Of a stretch of 64,000 nucleotides of DNA, positions 17,615-27,461 are shown piece after piece (within the stretch, counting starts at the first letter, position 1; every line of letters begins with the position of its first letter). Location of the stretch: the NCBI GenBank assembly GCA_963724765.1, contig CAVRVY010000001.1:704001-768000 (forward strand). Direction: 5' to 3'. This stretch comes from an uncultured delta proteobacterium. GTDB lineage: Bacteria; Desulfobacterota; Binatia; Binatales; Binataceae. The translations under genes were made by a program, and so were the position numbers. A model generated the notes under the pieces. That model was not told the origin of the DNA, did not search any database, and worked only from the letters and a program-made list of their open reading frames with translations.

Positions 17615-18760
17615 TCATGCCAGTTCTTCGATCAGCGCGAAGTTGTCGCGATGGATGATCTCGTCGGCGACCTTGTAGCCGAGCGTGCGCGAGATATCGT
17701 TGGAGCGCCTGCCCTTCACCTTCAGTATATCGGCGGCGGGATAATTGACCAGCCCGCGTCCGAACTCGACGCCTTCGTGATCGAGCAGGCTCACGCAGTC
17801 GCCGCTTTTGAACTCGCCGGCGACCTCGCGGATGCCCGAGGGCAGCAGGCTGCGGCCTTTTTTTCGCAGCGCCTCGGCGGCGCCGCGGTCGACGGTCAAC
17901 GCGCCGGCCGGGCGTAGCGCAAACGCGATCCAATGTTTGCGGCTCTTGAGCCTGGTCCGCGTGGGCAGCACCAGCGTCCCGCACTCGCGCGCCGGATCGA
18001 GCGCGGTGGCGAGCGCATGCTCGGCGCGGCCCGGCGCGATGATCACCGCGATTCCGGCGCGTGCCGCCTGCTGCGCCGCCTTGAGCTTGGTCGCCATCCC
18101 GCCGCTTCCGAGCGGCCCCGCGCTGTCGGCCACCAGCCCGCGCATCCCGGCCTCAGGGTCGGTGATGAGCGGGATCAGTTGCGCGTCGGGCCGCTTGCGC
18201 GGATCGCCGGTGAGCACGCCGGCCACGTCGCTCAGGATCACCAGGAGCTGCGCCTGCGCCATCCCGGCCACCAGTGAGGAGAGCACGTCGTTGTCGCCCA
18301 TGCGAATTTCTTCGACCGCGACGGTGTCGTTCTCGTTGACGATCGGCACCACGCCGGCTTCGAGCAGGGTCTGGATGGTGTGAATCGCGTTGTTGCGCCG
18401 CGCGCGCTCGGCCAGGTCCTGATGGGTGAGCAGGAGTTGCGCGACCGTGCGTCCGACGGCGCCGAACGCGCGCGCCCATTCGCCCATCAGCTCGATCTGT
18501 CCGGTTGCCGCCGCCGCCTGGCGCGCCGACACGCCTGCGCCGCCAAGCTTTTCCAGCCGCGCGCGCCCGGCCACGATCGCGCCCGAGGTCACCACCACGA
18601 CTTCGCGTCCCGCGCGCACGATCGCGTCGATCTCGGCGGCCAGGCGCGCGATAACCTCGGGCCGCAAACCGTCGGCATCCGAGAGCACGGCGCTCCCGAC
18701 CTTGACCACGACCCGGCGCGCGTACGCGACGTGCTCCTGCTTGTAGCTCACCTGAGACAT
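17615..18760 (-). CDS. proB: Glutamate 5-kinase with PUA domain
   Basis: Motifs VVKVGS, VNENDTV, GDND and GGMATKL; C-terminal PUA domain. Confidence 0.97.
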   Translation of the reverse strand: MSQVSYKQEHVAYARRVVVKVGSAVLSDADGLRPEVIARLAAEIDAIVRAGREVVVVTSGAIVAGRARLEKLGGAGVSARQAAAATGQIELMGEWARAFGAVGRTVAQLLLTHQDLAERARRNNAIHTIQTLLEAGVVPIVNENDTVAVEEIRMGDNDVLSSLVAGMAQAQLLVILSDVAGVLTGDPRKRPDAQLIPLITDPEAGMRGLVADSAGPLGSGGMATKLKAAQQAARAGIAVIIAPGRAEHALATALDPARECGTLVLPTRTRLKSRKHWIAFALRPAGALTVDRGAAEALRKKGRSLLPSGIREVAGEFKSGDCVSLLDHEGVEFGRGLVNYPAADILKVKGRRSNDISRTLGYKVADEIIHRDNFALIEELA

Positions 18761-18762
18761 TG

Positions 18763-19773
18763 CTACTTAGTCCCGCCGAGATCGAGCAGCCGCGCTATCG
18801 CCGCCACCAGGGGTTCAAGTCCCACGCGCTGCTCGGCCGAGATGACGAAGACGGAGTCGATCGCGTGTTCGGCCGCGAGCGGCGCGATCGCACGCGTTGT
18901 CTCATCCGCGCGCTCGGCGCCGACAAGATCGAGCTTGTTGAGCACGATCAGCGCCGGGCGCGCCGAGAGCATCGGGTCGAACGCCGCGAGTTCGCCGCGC
19001 ACCGTGAGGAAATCGCGCTTCGGATCGGCGCTCAGGTCGAGCACGTAGACCAGCACGCGCGTGCGCGCGAGATGGCGCAGAAAGCGGATACCCAGGCCGT
19101 GGCCGAGATGAGCGCCTTCGATAAGGCCCGGGATATCGGCGACGCTGAAACCGGAACCGTCGGCAAGCTGGACGCGGCCCAAATTGGGCGTGAGCGTGGT
19201 GAAGGGGTAGGGCGCGATCTTCGGGTGCGCCGCGCTGATGGCCGCGAGCAGCGTCGACTTGCCGGCGTTGGGCAGGCCGACCAGCCCGGCGTCGGCCACC
19301 AGCCGCAATTCGATTTTGACCCAGCGCTGCTCGGCCGGCCCGCCCGGCGTCGCGATTCGCGGCGCGCGGCGCGTCGAGGTAGTGAAGTGCATGTTGCCCT
19401 TGCCGCCCATCCCGCCGTGCGCGACGATTGCTCGCGCGCCCGGCATCACGAGGTCGGCGAGCATCTCGCCGCTTTCCTCGTCGAAGACCATCGTGCCGGG
19501 CGGGACTCGCACCACGAGGTCGCCACCGGCGTGGCCGTATTGCTGTTTGCCGCGGCCGGCTTCTCCGTCGCGCGCGATCAGGCGCGGGTTGTATTTGAAA
19601 TCGAGCAGCGTCGCGAGGCCCTCGTTGACCTCGAAGATCACGTCGCCGCCGCGGCCGCCGTCGCCGCCGGCCGGTCCACCGAAGGGGCGATACTTCTCGC
19701 GTAAAAACGCGATCGCGCCGTCGCCGCCCTTGCCGGCGGCCACGAAAACCCGTGCTTCATCGACGAACTTCAT
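18763..19773 (-). CDS. obgE: GTPase ObgE/CgtA
   Basis: Motifs MKFVDE, GGDGGRGG, GLPNAGKST, YPFTT, DIPG and NKLD. Confidence 0.97.
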   Translation of the reverse strand: MKFVDEARVFVAAGKGGDGAIAFLREKYRPFGGPAGGDGGRGGDVIFEVNEGLATLLDFKYNPRLIARDGEAGRGKQQYGHAGGDLVVRVPPGTMVFDEESGEMLADLVMPGARAIVAHGGMGGKGNMHFTTSTRRAPRIATPGGPAEQRWVKIELRLVADAGLVGLPNAGKSTLLAAISAAHPKIAPYPFTTLTPNLGRVQLADGSGFSVADIPGLIEGAHLGHGLGIRFLRHLARTRVLVYVLDLSADPKRDFLTVRGELAAFDPMLSARPALIVLNKLDLVGAERADETTRAIAPLAAEHAIDSVFVISAEQRVGLEPLVAAIARLLDLGGTK

Positions 19774-19807
19774 CGCTCAACGCGGCGCTTGCGATTGCGC
19801 GCGGCGG

Positions 19808-20830
19808 CTACAGGAGCAGCTCGGCCAGCACGCGGACGGCTTCGACCTGGCGCGTCCCGATAAGCATCGTTCTGACCGGCGAGGCCTTCCAGGCGGCGAC
19901 GCGCTCGGCGATCCGCTCGCGTGGTCCGACGAGGGCGACCTCGTCGACCAGCTTGTCAGGCACCGCGGCGACGGCCTCGTCGCGCTTGCCGGAGAGAAAC
20001 AGGTCCTGAATTTTTCTCGCCGCTTCATCGTAGCCTGCGCGCCGCGCGTAGTCGTTGTAGAAGTTTTTGTCGCGCGCGCCCATCCCGCCGATATAGAGCG
20101 CCAGGGTTTGTTTGATCGGCTCGCGGCATTTTGCCACGTCGGGGCCCATCACGCAGGTTACGAACGGTGCGAGGTCGAATTTCGCCGGATTGCGCGCGGC
20201 GCCGGCCTTTTTGAATCCGCGCTCGAGGCTCGGCTTGAACAGGTCCCATCGCTCCGGATTCATCCAGACCGGAATTACGCCGTCGGCGATTTCGGCCGCG
20301 AGCGCCACACCGCTCGGCGTGATCGACGCCATGTAGATTTCCATGTCGCGCCGGCCGTGCAGGATCGAACGCAGCGGCTTGCCAAGCCCGGTCGAACCGG
20401 GGCCGCGGTATGGGATCTGGTATTCGGAGCCTTGGAACTCAAGCGGCGCCTCGCGCGCGAAAATTTTGCGCAGGATCGCGATGTACTCGCGATAACGCAC
20501 CAGCGGCTTGCCGTACGGCACCCCGTGCCATCCCTCGACTACCTGCGGCCCCGACGGTCCGACCCCGAGGATGAAGCGTCCGCCCGACATCGCATCCAGC
20601 GTCATCGCAGTCATCGCCGTCATCGCGGGCGTGCGCGCCGGCATCTGCATGATTGCCGTGCCGAGGCGGATGTTTTTGGTCAGTGCGCCAACCCAGGCGA
20701 GCGGAACGATGGTGTCCGAGCCCCAGGCCTCGCCCGTCCACACCGAGTCGTAGCCCAACCGTTCGGCTTCGAGCACCAGTTCGAGCGAGTCATGGGAATG
20801 GGAAAAGCCGTATAGCAGTCCTAGTCGCAT
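19808..20830 (-). CDS. LLM-class (probably F420-dependent) oxidoreductase
   Basis: Motifs [39 protein letters not shown] and YIGGMG. Start placed at MRLGLL. Confidence 0.9.
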   Translation of the reverse strand: MRLGLLYGFSHSHDSLELVLEAERLGYDSVWTGEAWGSDTIVPLAWVGALTKNIRLGTAIMQMPARTPAMTAMTAMTLDAMSGGRFILGVGPSGPQVVEGWHGVPYGKPLVRYREYIAILRKIFAREAPLEFQGSEYQIPYRGPGSTGLGKPLRSILHGRRDMEIYMASITPSGVALAAEIADGVIPVWMNPERWDLFKPSLERGFKKAGAARNPAKFDLAPFVTCVMGPDVAKCREPIKQTLALYIGGMGARDKNFYNDYARRAGYDEAARKIQDLFLSGKRDEAVAAVPDKLVDEVALVGPRERIAERVAAWKASPVRTMLIGTRQVEAVRVLAELLL

Positions 20831-20888
20831 CGCGAGGTCCCTCCGAGAGTTCTCCAGCCGATTGCGCGAAGGCCACACCCATCGCCGT

Positions 20889-20926
20889 AAACAAACAAAA
20901 AGCCCCGCGGCGAGGCCGCGGGGCTT
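20889..20926 (-). terminator. Intrinsic terminator after rpmA
   Basis: Minus strand reads AAGCCCCGCGG-cctcg-CCGCGGGGCTT followed by TTTGTTTGTTT. Confidence 0.8.
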
Positions 20927-20955
20927 GGAAGTCAAAACTCTAAGCCGTGCCGGCC

Positions 20956-21273
20956 CTAGGCTTGCGCTTCGGCCGGCGGCTCGTTTGCCGCTTCGGCCCG
21001 CTGTTCGCTCGCAGGCGCCTCCGCCGGTTCGATCCGCACGCGCCGCTTGTCGGTGCGGTAGGTCTCGTATTTGGCCACCCCGTCGACCAGTGCGTAAAGA
21101 GTGAAGTCTCGGCCCATCCCGACGTTGCGCCCCGGATGAACCCGCGTGCCGACCTGGCGGACCAGGATATTGCCGGCGCGAACGGTCTCACCGGCGTAGA
21201 TCTTGATGCCGCGGCGCTGTCCCGGACTGTCGCGGCCGTTGCGCGTCGAGCCTTGTCCTTTCTTATGCGCCAC
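20956..21273 (-). CDS. rpmA: 50S ribosomal protein L27
   Basis: [16 protein letters not shown]...GNILVRQ; short acidic C-terminal extension. Confidence 0.98.
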   Translation of the reverse strand: MAHKKGQGSTRNGRDSPGQRRGIKIYAGETVRAGNILVRQVGTRVHPGRNVGMGRDFTLYALVDGVAKYETYRTDKRRVRIEPAEAPASEQRAEAANEPPAEAQA

Positions 21274-21335
21274 TAACCTGTCTCCCTGTGATAGTGCCGG
21301 CGCGATAAGCCGGCGGCAAAAGCAGGATGCGAGCG

Positions 21336-21656
21336 CTACGCCGCGCCCCGCTTGATCTCCTCGATCTTGAGCACGGTCAGTTCCTGACGATGGCCGCGCT
21401 TGCGCCGGTAATTCTTGCGCTTTTTCTTTTTGAACACGATGACCTTGGTGCCGCGCGGCTGCTGCACGATTCGCGCGCGCACGGCCGCGTCGGGCACGGT
21501 GGGGGTGCCGATCACAGGCGTTTCGTCGCCGCCGATCGCGAGCACGTCGGCCAGTTCGATCTCGGCGCCGACGTCGCCCTCGATGCGCTCGACGGTTATC
21601 TGGTCGCCGACCCCGATCCGGTACTGTTTTCCGCCTGTTCTTACGATTGCAAACAT
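21336..21656 (-). CDS. rplU: 50S ribosomal protein L21
   Basis: [12 protein letters not shown]...GHRQ. Confidence 0.98.
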   Translation of the reverse strand: MFAIVRTGGKQYRIGVGDQITVERIEGDVGAEIELADVLAIGGDETPVIGTPTVPDAAVRARIVQQPRGTKVIVFKKKKRKNYRRKRGHRQELTVLKIEEIKRGAA

Positions 21657-21801
21657 GCCTTTAATCCGAACCTTCTTACCTACCGGACGCGGGCGGCCAT
21701 GTCAAATATGATCCGAATCAAATATGACCTGTGTCGATCGAAGCGATGCCCAATCGAGGCCGCGCTTCGTCACAAACGCCGCGATGAAACCGCTTTTGCG
21801 C

Positions 21802-22338
21802 TCAGTCGAGGCCCAGACGCTCGCGGCCTTCGGGAGAGATCATCTGCGGCGTCCACGGCGGATCCCAGACCAGGTCGACGTTGGCCTCCGCGACGCCGGG
21901 GAGCGACAGCAGCTTCTGGCGCGCGTCAATTGCGATCGACGCGCCCATCCCGCAGCCCTGCGCGGTGAGCGTCATCTTGACCTCGACCCGCTTGGCGCCC
22001 CCATCCGTCGGCGCAACTTCCATCGCGTAGACCAATCCGAGGTCGACGATGTTGACCGGAATCTCGGGGTCGTAACAGGTCTTGAGCTGCTCCCAGACCA
22101 TCGCCTCGAGATCGCCAGACGCGGCGGCCGGCGAAGCGGCGTCTTCGGAGCTTTTGCCGAGTGCGTCGGCGTCCTTGCCGGTTATGCGGTACAGCCCACC
22201 GTAGGCCGGCACCTGCACGGTGAAGCTGCCGCCGAGCGACTGGGTGATAAAAACCTCGAGGCCCTTCTCCAACGTGATCGGACTGCCGAGCGGCACCTGG
22301 ACCGCTTCACATTCGCGGGTGAGTTCAACTCGTTCCAT
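21802..22338 (-). CDS. sufT: Fe-S cluster assembly protein SufT (DUF59)
   Basis: Motifs ITQSLGGSFTV, DPEIPVNIVDLGL, TLTAQGCGMG and WDPPW. Confidence 0.92.
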   Translation of the reverse strand: MERVELTRECEAVQVPLGSPITLEKGLEVFITQSLGGSFTVQVPAYGGLYRITGKDADALGKSSEDAASPAAASGDLEAMVWEQLKTCYDPEIPVNIVDLGLVYAMEVAPTDGGAKRVEVKMTLTAQGCGMGASIAIDARQKLLSLPGVAEANVDLVWDPPWTPQMISPEGRERLGLD

Positions 22339-22472
22339 CGATAATTATCCTGTTCGTTATTCGCCCTTCGTTGAATTTGATTCTAGGCGCTCGGAGGCCC
22401 GAGCGCCAGTTGCCTGCTTTGGCTCCTGGCTGGGGTTCGGCGGGCGCACCCGTCGTGATAGAGAAAGGCCCT

Positions 22473-23180
22473 ATGGCGAAGATTCAGCTTTACCAGTTTG
22501 GTCCGCTGGGCGATCTGGAATCGGCGTCGCCCTTTTGCGTCAAGGTTCGCGACGCGATGCGTTACAAGCGCGTCCCGTTCGATACCGTCAACGCCACTTC
22601 CCCGATTCAGGTGCGCAGGCTCAACCCGCGCGGCAAGCTGCCAGTGATGATCGACGACGGAGTAAAGCTCGCCGATTCCACCGACATCATCCGCCATCTC
22701 GAAACGCATCATCCGGAGCCGCGGCTCTATCCGCAGGATCCGCGGACGCGCGCGATGGCTCTGTTGCTCGAAGACTGGGCCGACGAATCGCTCTACTGGC
22801 ACGTCGTCTATGAACGATGGCAAGTGTCCGAGCAGTTCGCGAAATTTGCCGAGGTCGTTTTCAGTCCGGTGCCGGCCGCGGTGAGGCCGATGGTACGGCT
22901 GCTTTTTGCGCGGCAGACGCGCGGGCAGTTGCGAGGGCAGGGGCTGGGACGGCTGGGAGTCGGCGAGCAGCGCGAGAAATTCAGGACCGCGCTGGATTGG
23001 CTGGACTCGATGGTCGACGGGCAATTTCTATGCGGTGCGGAATTGTCGATCGCCGACGTTGCGGTGGCAGCGCAGGTCGGGGCGCTCAATATCCCGTTCA
23101 CGCCGGTGGCCGAGGCGGAAATTCACGCCCACGCCAAGGTGATGCGATGGCTTGAGCGGACGGTCGAGGCTCTCGGCTGA
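22473..23180 (+). CDS. Glutathione S-transferase family protein
   Basis: Motifs SPFC.KV, NPRGKLPV, DSTDI and SIADV. Confidence 0.88.
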   Translation: MAKIQLYQFGPLGDLESASPFCVKVRDAMRYKRVPFDTVNATSPIQVRRLNPRGKLPVMIDDGVKLADSTDIIRHLETHHPEPRLYPQDPRTRAMALLLEDWADESLYWHVVYERWQVSEQFAKFAEVVFSPVPAAVRPMVRLLFARQTRGQLRGQGLGRLGVGEQREKFRTALDWLDSMVDGQFLCGAELSIADVAVAAQVGALNIPFTPVAEAEIHAHAKVMRWLERTVEALG

Positions 23181-23203
23181 GGGCTTCTTCCACTTCGCGA
23201 AAT

Positions 23204-23815
23204 CTACTTTGCAAAATCCTGCGTTATGTAGGCCGTGCCGTCGGCGGCGCGCGCGATTCCGACGCCGGTCGTCGCGAAATCGGGCGAGAGCATATTGGCG
23301 CGATGCTCGGGGCTGTTGAGCCATCCCTTTACCGCGCGCTCGGCCAGCTTCGCGCGGTCGGTGTCGCGGTCCATGTAGATATTTTCGCCCAGTGCCGCGG
23401 AGTCGACGCCAACGCCGCGCACGCGCTCGGCAGGCGTGTCGCCGGCGGGGCCGTTGTGCCCGAGGTAGTTGCGCAACGCCATGTCGTAGCTGTGACCGCG
23501 CGAGGCCAGCACCAGGCGCTGCGAGGATTTAAGCGCCGGCGCGCCCCCGCGCTTGCGCTCGTCGTTGACCAGCCGCAGAATTTCCGCCTCCTGCGCGCTC
23601 ATCCCGGCCGTCAGATCCGGCGCGAGCCCGATGAGCGGCACGAGGTAGAGCCAAACTAGGGCGGCGCCCGTCATCGCCATCCCCAGCGACGCCATTCCTA
23701 CGCCGACCATGCGCCGATAACGCCGGCGCCGCTGGCCGACCGGCAATGGAATCACCTTGGCGGGACCCTTGGGAATCCGCACCGATTTGCGCCCGCTTGC
23801 CGAATGGACACTCAT
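23204..23815 (-). CDS. Membrane-anchored CAP (SCP/PR-1) domain protein
   Basis: TM helix followed by LVNDER, HSYDM, GENI, WLNSPEHRANML and TQDF. Confidence 0.9.
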   Translation of the reverse strand: MSVHSASGRKSVRIPKGPAKVIPLPVGQRRRRYRRMVGVGMASLGMAMTGAALVWLYLVPLIGLAPDLTAGMSAQEAEILRLVNDERKRGGAPALKSSQRLVLASRGHSYDMALRNYLGHNGPAGDTPAERVRGVGVDSAALGENIYMDRDTDRAKLAERAVKGWLNSPEHRANMLSPDFATTGVGIARAADGTAYITQDFAK

Positions 23816-23872
23816 CGCTTTACTTAATGAGCCTCCCGGAGTCTCCCTGCGCCGCGCTTGCGCCGGTTTTAC

Positions 23873-24619
23873 TTAGAATTTCTCCTTGAACGGGCGCACG
23901 TCCAACTCCTGAGTCCATGCGCTCGGATCCTGATTAGCGAGGTACCAGTAGGCTTCGGCGATCGCGGCCGGCTTGAGCACGTCCTCGTCCTTGAGCGACC
24001 GCATCTGGGTCCGGATGTGCGGAATGTCGATGATACCGTCGACGTTGACGTAGACGACGTGGATTCCGCGCGGACCGAGGTCGCGCGCGAGCGATTGCGC
24101 GAGTCCCCGCACCGCGAACTTGGCTGGTCCAAACGCAGCCGACATCGTCCCGGCCTTGATACCCGCCGTCGCGCCGGTGAACAGAATCACGCCGCGTCGC
24201 TTAGCGATCATGTCGGGCACGGCCTGTTTGGCGCACAGAAATGCGCCGTAGGCGTTGACCCGCCATGAGTCCTCATATTGCTCGGGTGTGATTTCGGTGA
24301 TCGTGCCCCATTTGCCGCCGCCGGCGTTGTACAGCAGCATCTCGGGCGCGCCGAGCTTCGAGCGCACGGCGTCGAAAGCGTGGCTGATCTGCTCCGCGTC
24401 GCCGACGTTCGCAATGACCGACAGGGTACGGCCGCCGGCCGCCTTGACCTCGGCGGCGAGCCCGTCCATGAACTCGCGCGAGCGCGCGACCATTGCGATT
24501 GCGTGTCCTCCTTGAGCGAAACGGCGCACCAGCGCGGCGCCGAGACCGGGCCCCACGCCGACGACGATCGCGACTCCAGCCTGCGCGACTCCGGGCTGAT
24601 TTGCTTGCGCGGCCATCAA
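23873..24619 (-). CDS. Short-chain dehydrogenase/reductase
   Basis: Motifs GVGPGLG, YNAG, FTGATA and SAWTQELDVRP. Confidence 0.9.
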   Translation of the reverse strand: MMAAQANQPGVAQAGVAIVVGVGPGLGAALVRRFAQGGHAIAMVARSREFMDGLAAEVKAAGGRTLSVIANVGDAEQISHAFDAVRSKLGAPEMLLYNAGGGKWGTITEITPEQYEDSWRVNAYGAFLCAKQAVPDMIAKRRGVILFTGATAGIKAGTMSAAFGPAKFAVRGLAQSLARDLGPRGIHVVYVNVDGIIDIPHIRTQMRSLKDEDVLKPAAIAEAYWYLANQDPSAWTQELDVRPFKEKF

Positions 24620-24656
24620 ATCTCCAACGGCCGCCGAGGCAGCCGATGTTCTGGCG

Positions 24657-25625
24657 CTAGGGTACCAATATCAGTTTACCGACTGATTTGCGCGATTGCA
24701 GCAGGCGATGCGCCTCGGCGGCCTGGGCGAGCGGAAAGCTTTTGCCGATCACCAGCTTGAGCTTCTTCTCGCGCATGAGCGCGAACGATTTCTCAATTCC
24801 CTCGCGCATCACGCCGGGCATCCCGACCACCACCGGCAGCACGAAGCCGCTCACCTTGACCGACTTCTGGAACAGCCGCAACACGTTGAGCGGGTCGGGC
24901 GATCCGCCGGCGCGTCCGTACAGCAGCAGATGGCCAAACGGGGCGAGGCACTTCAGGCCCGGCTCGAAGGTTGGCTTCCCCACCGCGTCGAGGATCAGGT
25001 CGGCGCCGCGCCCGTCCGTCAGGCGCATCGTTTCGGCGGCGAAGTCGGAACTTTCATAATTGATTACTTCGTCGGCGCCGTATTCCTTGACCAGCGCGGT
25101 CTTGGAATCGCTCGACACCGTGCCGATCACACGCGCGCCGGCCGCCTTGGCGATCTGCACTGCGACGATCCCGACGCCGCCGGCCGCCGAGTGCACCACC
25201 ACGGTCTGGCCGGGCTCCGTCTTATGCGCAGTATGCAGGATGTGCCAGGCGGTCAACACCTGGATCGGGAAGGCGGCGCCTTCCTCGAAGCTGACGAAGT
25301 CAGGCAGCGGGATCGCCTGCGCCGGATGGATGAGGCAGTACTCGGCGTATGCTTTGAGCGTGATCGAAGTCACGCGCATCCCGGGCTTCAGGTCCTTGAC
25401 GTCGGGCGCGACCGCCTCGATCACTCCGGCGGCTTCCATCCCCGGCGTATCGGGCAGCCGCGGTTTGATCATGTACTCGCCGCGGATGAAGAAGGTGTCG
25501 GCGAAATTGATTCCGGCGGCGTGCACCTTGACCAGCGCGGTGCCGGGCGTGAGTTCGGGCTTGGGCGTCTCGACGTACTTGAGCACGCTGGGGTCGCCGG
25601 TCTTTTCAAAGACGATCGCTTTCAC
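24657..25625 (-). CDS. NADPH:quinone oxidoreductase (MDR/zeta-crystallin family)
   Basis: Motifs GINFAD, PGMEAAG, HSAAGGVG and GKLILVP. Confidence 0.92.
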   Translation of the reverse strand: MKAIVFEKTGDPSVLKYVETPKPELTPGTALVKVHAAGINFADTFFIRGEYMIKPRLPDTPGMEAAGVIEAVAPDVKDLKPGMRVTSITLKAYAEYCLIHPAQAIPLPDFVSFEEGAAFPIQVLTAWHILHTAHKTEPGQTVVVHSAAGGVGIVAVQIAKAAGARVIGTVSSDSKTALVKEYGADEVINYESSDFAAETMRLTDGRGADLILDAVGKPTFEPGLKCLAPFGHLLLYGRAGGSPDPLNVLRLFQKSVKVSGFVLPVVVGMPGVMREGIEKSFALMREKKLKLVIGKSFPLAQAAEAHRLLQSRKSVGKLILVP

Positions 25626-25656
25626 CTGATGCGCTCCTTGCGCGATGGCTATCGCG

Positions 25657-25697
25657 AATCATTATCGGTTAATTCCGCAATCATTATCGGTTAATTC
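25657..25697. repeat. Perfect 19-bp AT-rich direct repeat with 22-bp period in a divergent intergenic region
   Basis: AATCATTATCGGTTAATTC at 25657-25675 and 25679-25697. Confidence 0.85.
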
Positions 25698-25819
25698 AAT
25701 TGGAGGTTCCATCTTGCAGCCGCTACTCGGTTCCCGCGTGCGATATGCCTGCGATATGATTGTGCGCCCATCCGATGGGCTTACGAGAGACACGATACGC
25801 GAGGACGACGGAACTGGCG

Positions 25820-26446
25820 ATGCTTGAACTGGTTATCTTCGACGCCGACGGCGTGCTGTTCGAGTCGGCGGAGTCCAATGCAGCCTACTACAACGCGATT
25901 TTCGCCGAGATCGGCGAGCCGCCGCTCAATCCCGATGAGGAGCGCGCCGTCATTTTCATGGCCACGGCGCAGGTCTTCGAGTTGCGCGCGCGCGACGACG
26001 CGGCCAAGCTCGCGCGGATGCGCGAGATTGCGCGGACAATCGACTTCGCCCCGTTCTTTGCGCTGCTGCGCCCACCCTTCGAGCTGCGGCCGTTCCTGCT
26101 CGAATTGAAGCGCCGCTACCGCGTGGCGCTCGCGACCAACCGCTCGGCCACGACTCACGGACTGATCGAACACCTCGGCCTCGGCGGCGTGTTCGACGCG
26201 GTGGCGAGTGCACGCGACAAGGTCCGCCCCAAGCCCGCACCCGACATCGTGCGCCTGTGTCTGGAGCGCGCGGCCGTGGTCCCCGAGCGCGCGGTGTACG
26301 TCGGCGACAGTCAGATCGACGTCGAGGCGGCGAGCGGTGCGGGAGCGCATTTCCTCGGTGTCGGCGCGCGCGTCCTGCATCCGCATCGCGTGGCGAGTTT
26401 GGGTGAAGTGCCGGCCGCGCTGGAGCGGATGTTCAAGCGGCCGTAG
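25820..26446 (+). CDS. HAD-superfamily hydrolase (phosphoglycolate phosphatase-like)
   Basis: Motifs IFDADGVL, ATN, KPAPD and VGDSQID. Confidence 0.9.
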   Translation: MLELVIFDADGVLFESAESNAAYYNAIFAEIGEPPLNPDEERAVIFMATAQVFELRARDDAAKLARMREIARTIDFAPFFALLRPPFELRPFLLELKRRYRVALATNRSATTHGLIEHLGLGGVFDAVASARDKVRPKPAPDIVRLCLERAAVVPERAVYVGDSQIDVEAASGAGAHFLGVGARVLHPHRVASLGEVPAALERMFKRP

Positions 26447-26463
26447 CTGCTCGCGCGACTCCG

Positions 26464-26499
26464 CTCACCTACCCTCTCCCCCTGAAAGGGGGCGAGGGT
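26464..26499. repeat. REP-like palindrome between convergent genes
   Basis: CTCACCTACCCTCTCCCCC-tgaaa-GGGGGCGAGGGT. Confidence 0.5.
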
Positions 26500-26560
26500 A
26501 TCGCGGAAACTCAGCGAGAAAACGTCTGCAACGAACGCCGGCGCAGAGGCTGCGCTGCAA

Positions 26561-27298
26561 CTAGATAGGCCGTGCCGGTCGGGCCGCCTCGGCCTCTGGC
26601 GATTCCGCCATCAGCGTTCGATAAAGCGATCCGCCCAGGATTGCGCCCGCGATGGGCGCTACCCAGAACAGCCACAGTTGCTGAACCGCCCATCCCCCCA
26701 CGAACAGCGCCGGCCCCGTGCTGCGCGCGGGATTAACCGAAGTGTTGGTCACCGGGATGCTGATCAGATGAATCAGCGTCAGCACCAATCCGATCGGAAT
26801 CGGTGCGAAGCCGGCCGGAACGCGCGGGTCGGTCGCTCCCATGATCACGAACAGGAACATCAGGGTCATCACGACCTCGCACACGAGCGCCGAGGGAAGG
26901 CTGTAGCCGCCCGGTGAGTGGGCGCCATAGCCGTTGGACGCGAAACCGCCGGCCAGGCTGAAGCCGGGTGCGCCGCTCGCGATGACGTAGAGCACGGCGG
27001 CGGCGAAGATTCCACCAAGCACCTGCGCGATCACGTAGGGCGCGAGTTCGCTACCCGGAAAGCGGCCGCCGGCCCACAATCCGAAGCTCACGGCGGGATT
27101 GATGTGGCATCCGGAGATGTGCCCGATAGCGTAAGCCATCGTTAGCAGCGTGAGACCGAAGGCCAGCGCCACTCCGGCGAAGCCGATTCCGAGATGAGGA
27201 AAGCCGGCGGCCAGCACCGCACTGCCGCATCCGCCCAAGACCAGCCAAAACGTTCCGATGAATTCTGCTCCAGCGCGCCGCGAGAGGCTCATGGCCAT
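26561..27298 (-). CDS. aqpZ: Aquaporin Z
   Basis: Motifs [27 protein letters not shown] and NTSVNPARS. Confidence 0.96.
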   Translation of the reverse strand: MAMSLSRRAGAEFIGTFWLVLGGCGSAVLAAGFPHLGIGFAGVALAFGLTLLTMAYAIGHISGCHINPAVSFGLWAGGRFPGSELAPYVIAQVLGGIFAAAVLYVIASGAPGFSLAGGFASNGYGAHSPGGYSLPSALVCEVVMTLMFLFVIMGATDPRVPAGFAPIPIGLVLTLIHLISIPVTNTSVNPARSTGPALFVGGWAVQQLWLFWVAPIAGAILGGSLYRTLMAESPEAEAARPARPI

Positions 27299-27461
27299 AA
27301 GTGGTTCTCCTGCGATCTGACTTCAAGACGCAGCCTAGTTTCTTGGCAGGGTTATGTCTGCCGCTTATTTTTATCGGGCGGTTAACGCTTTAACCGACCT
27401 GATCGCCACTAAACACCGTGAAACTCAATGCGGCGTTTCATAACTGCGGACACTATTATGG

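Noticed and set aside
19238-20815. Long antisense/alternate-frame ORFs (also 38641-40095, 44736-46046, 2372-3433 and similar)
   Set aside because: Shadow ORFs expected in high-GC DNA opposite or within well-supported genes; no motifs.
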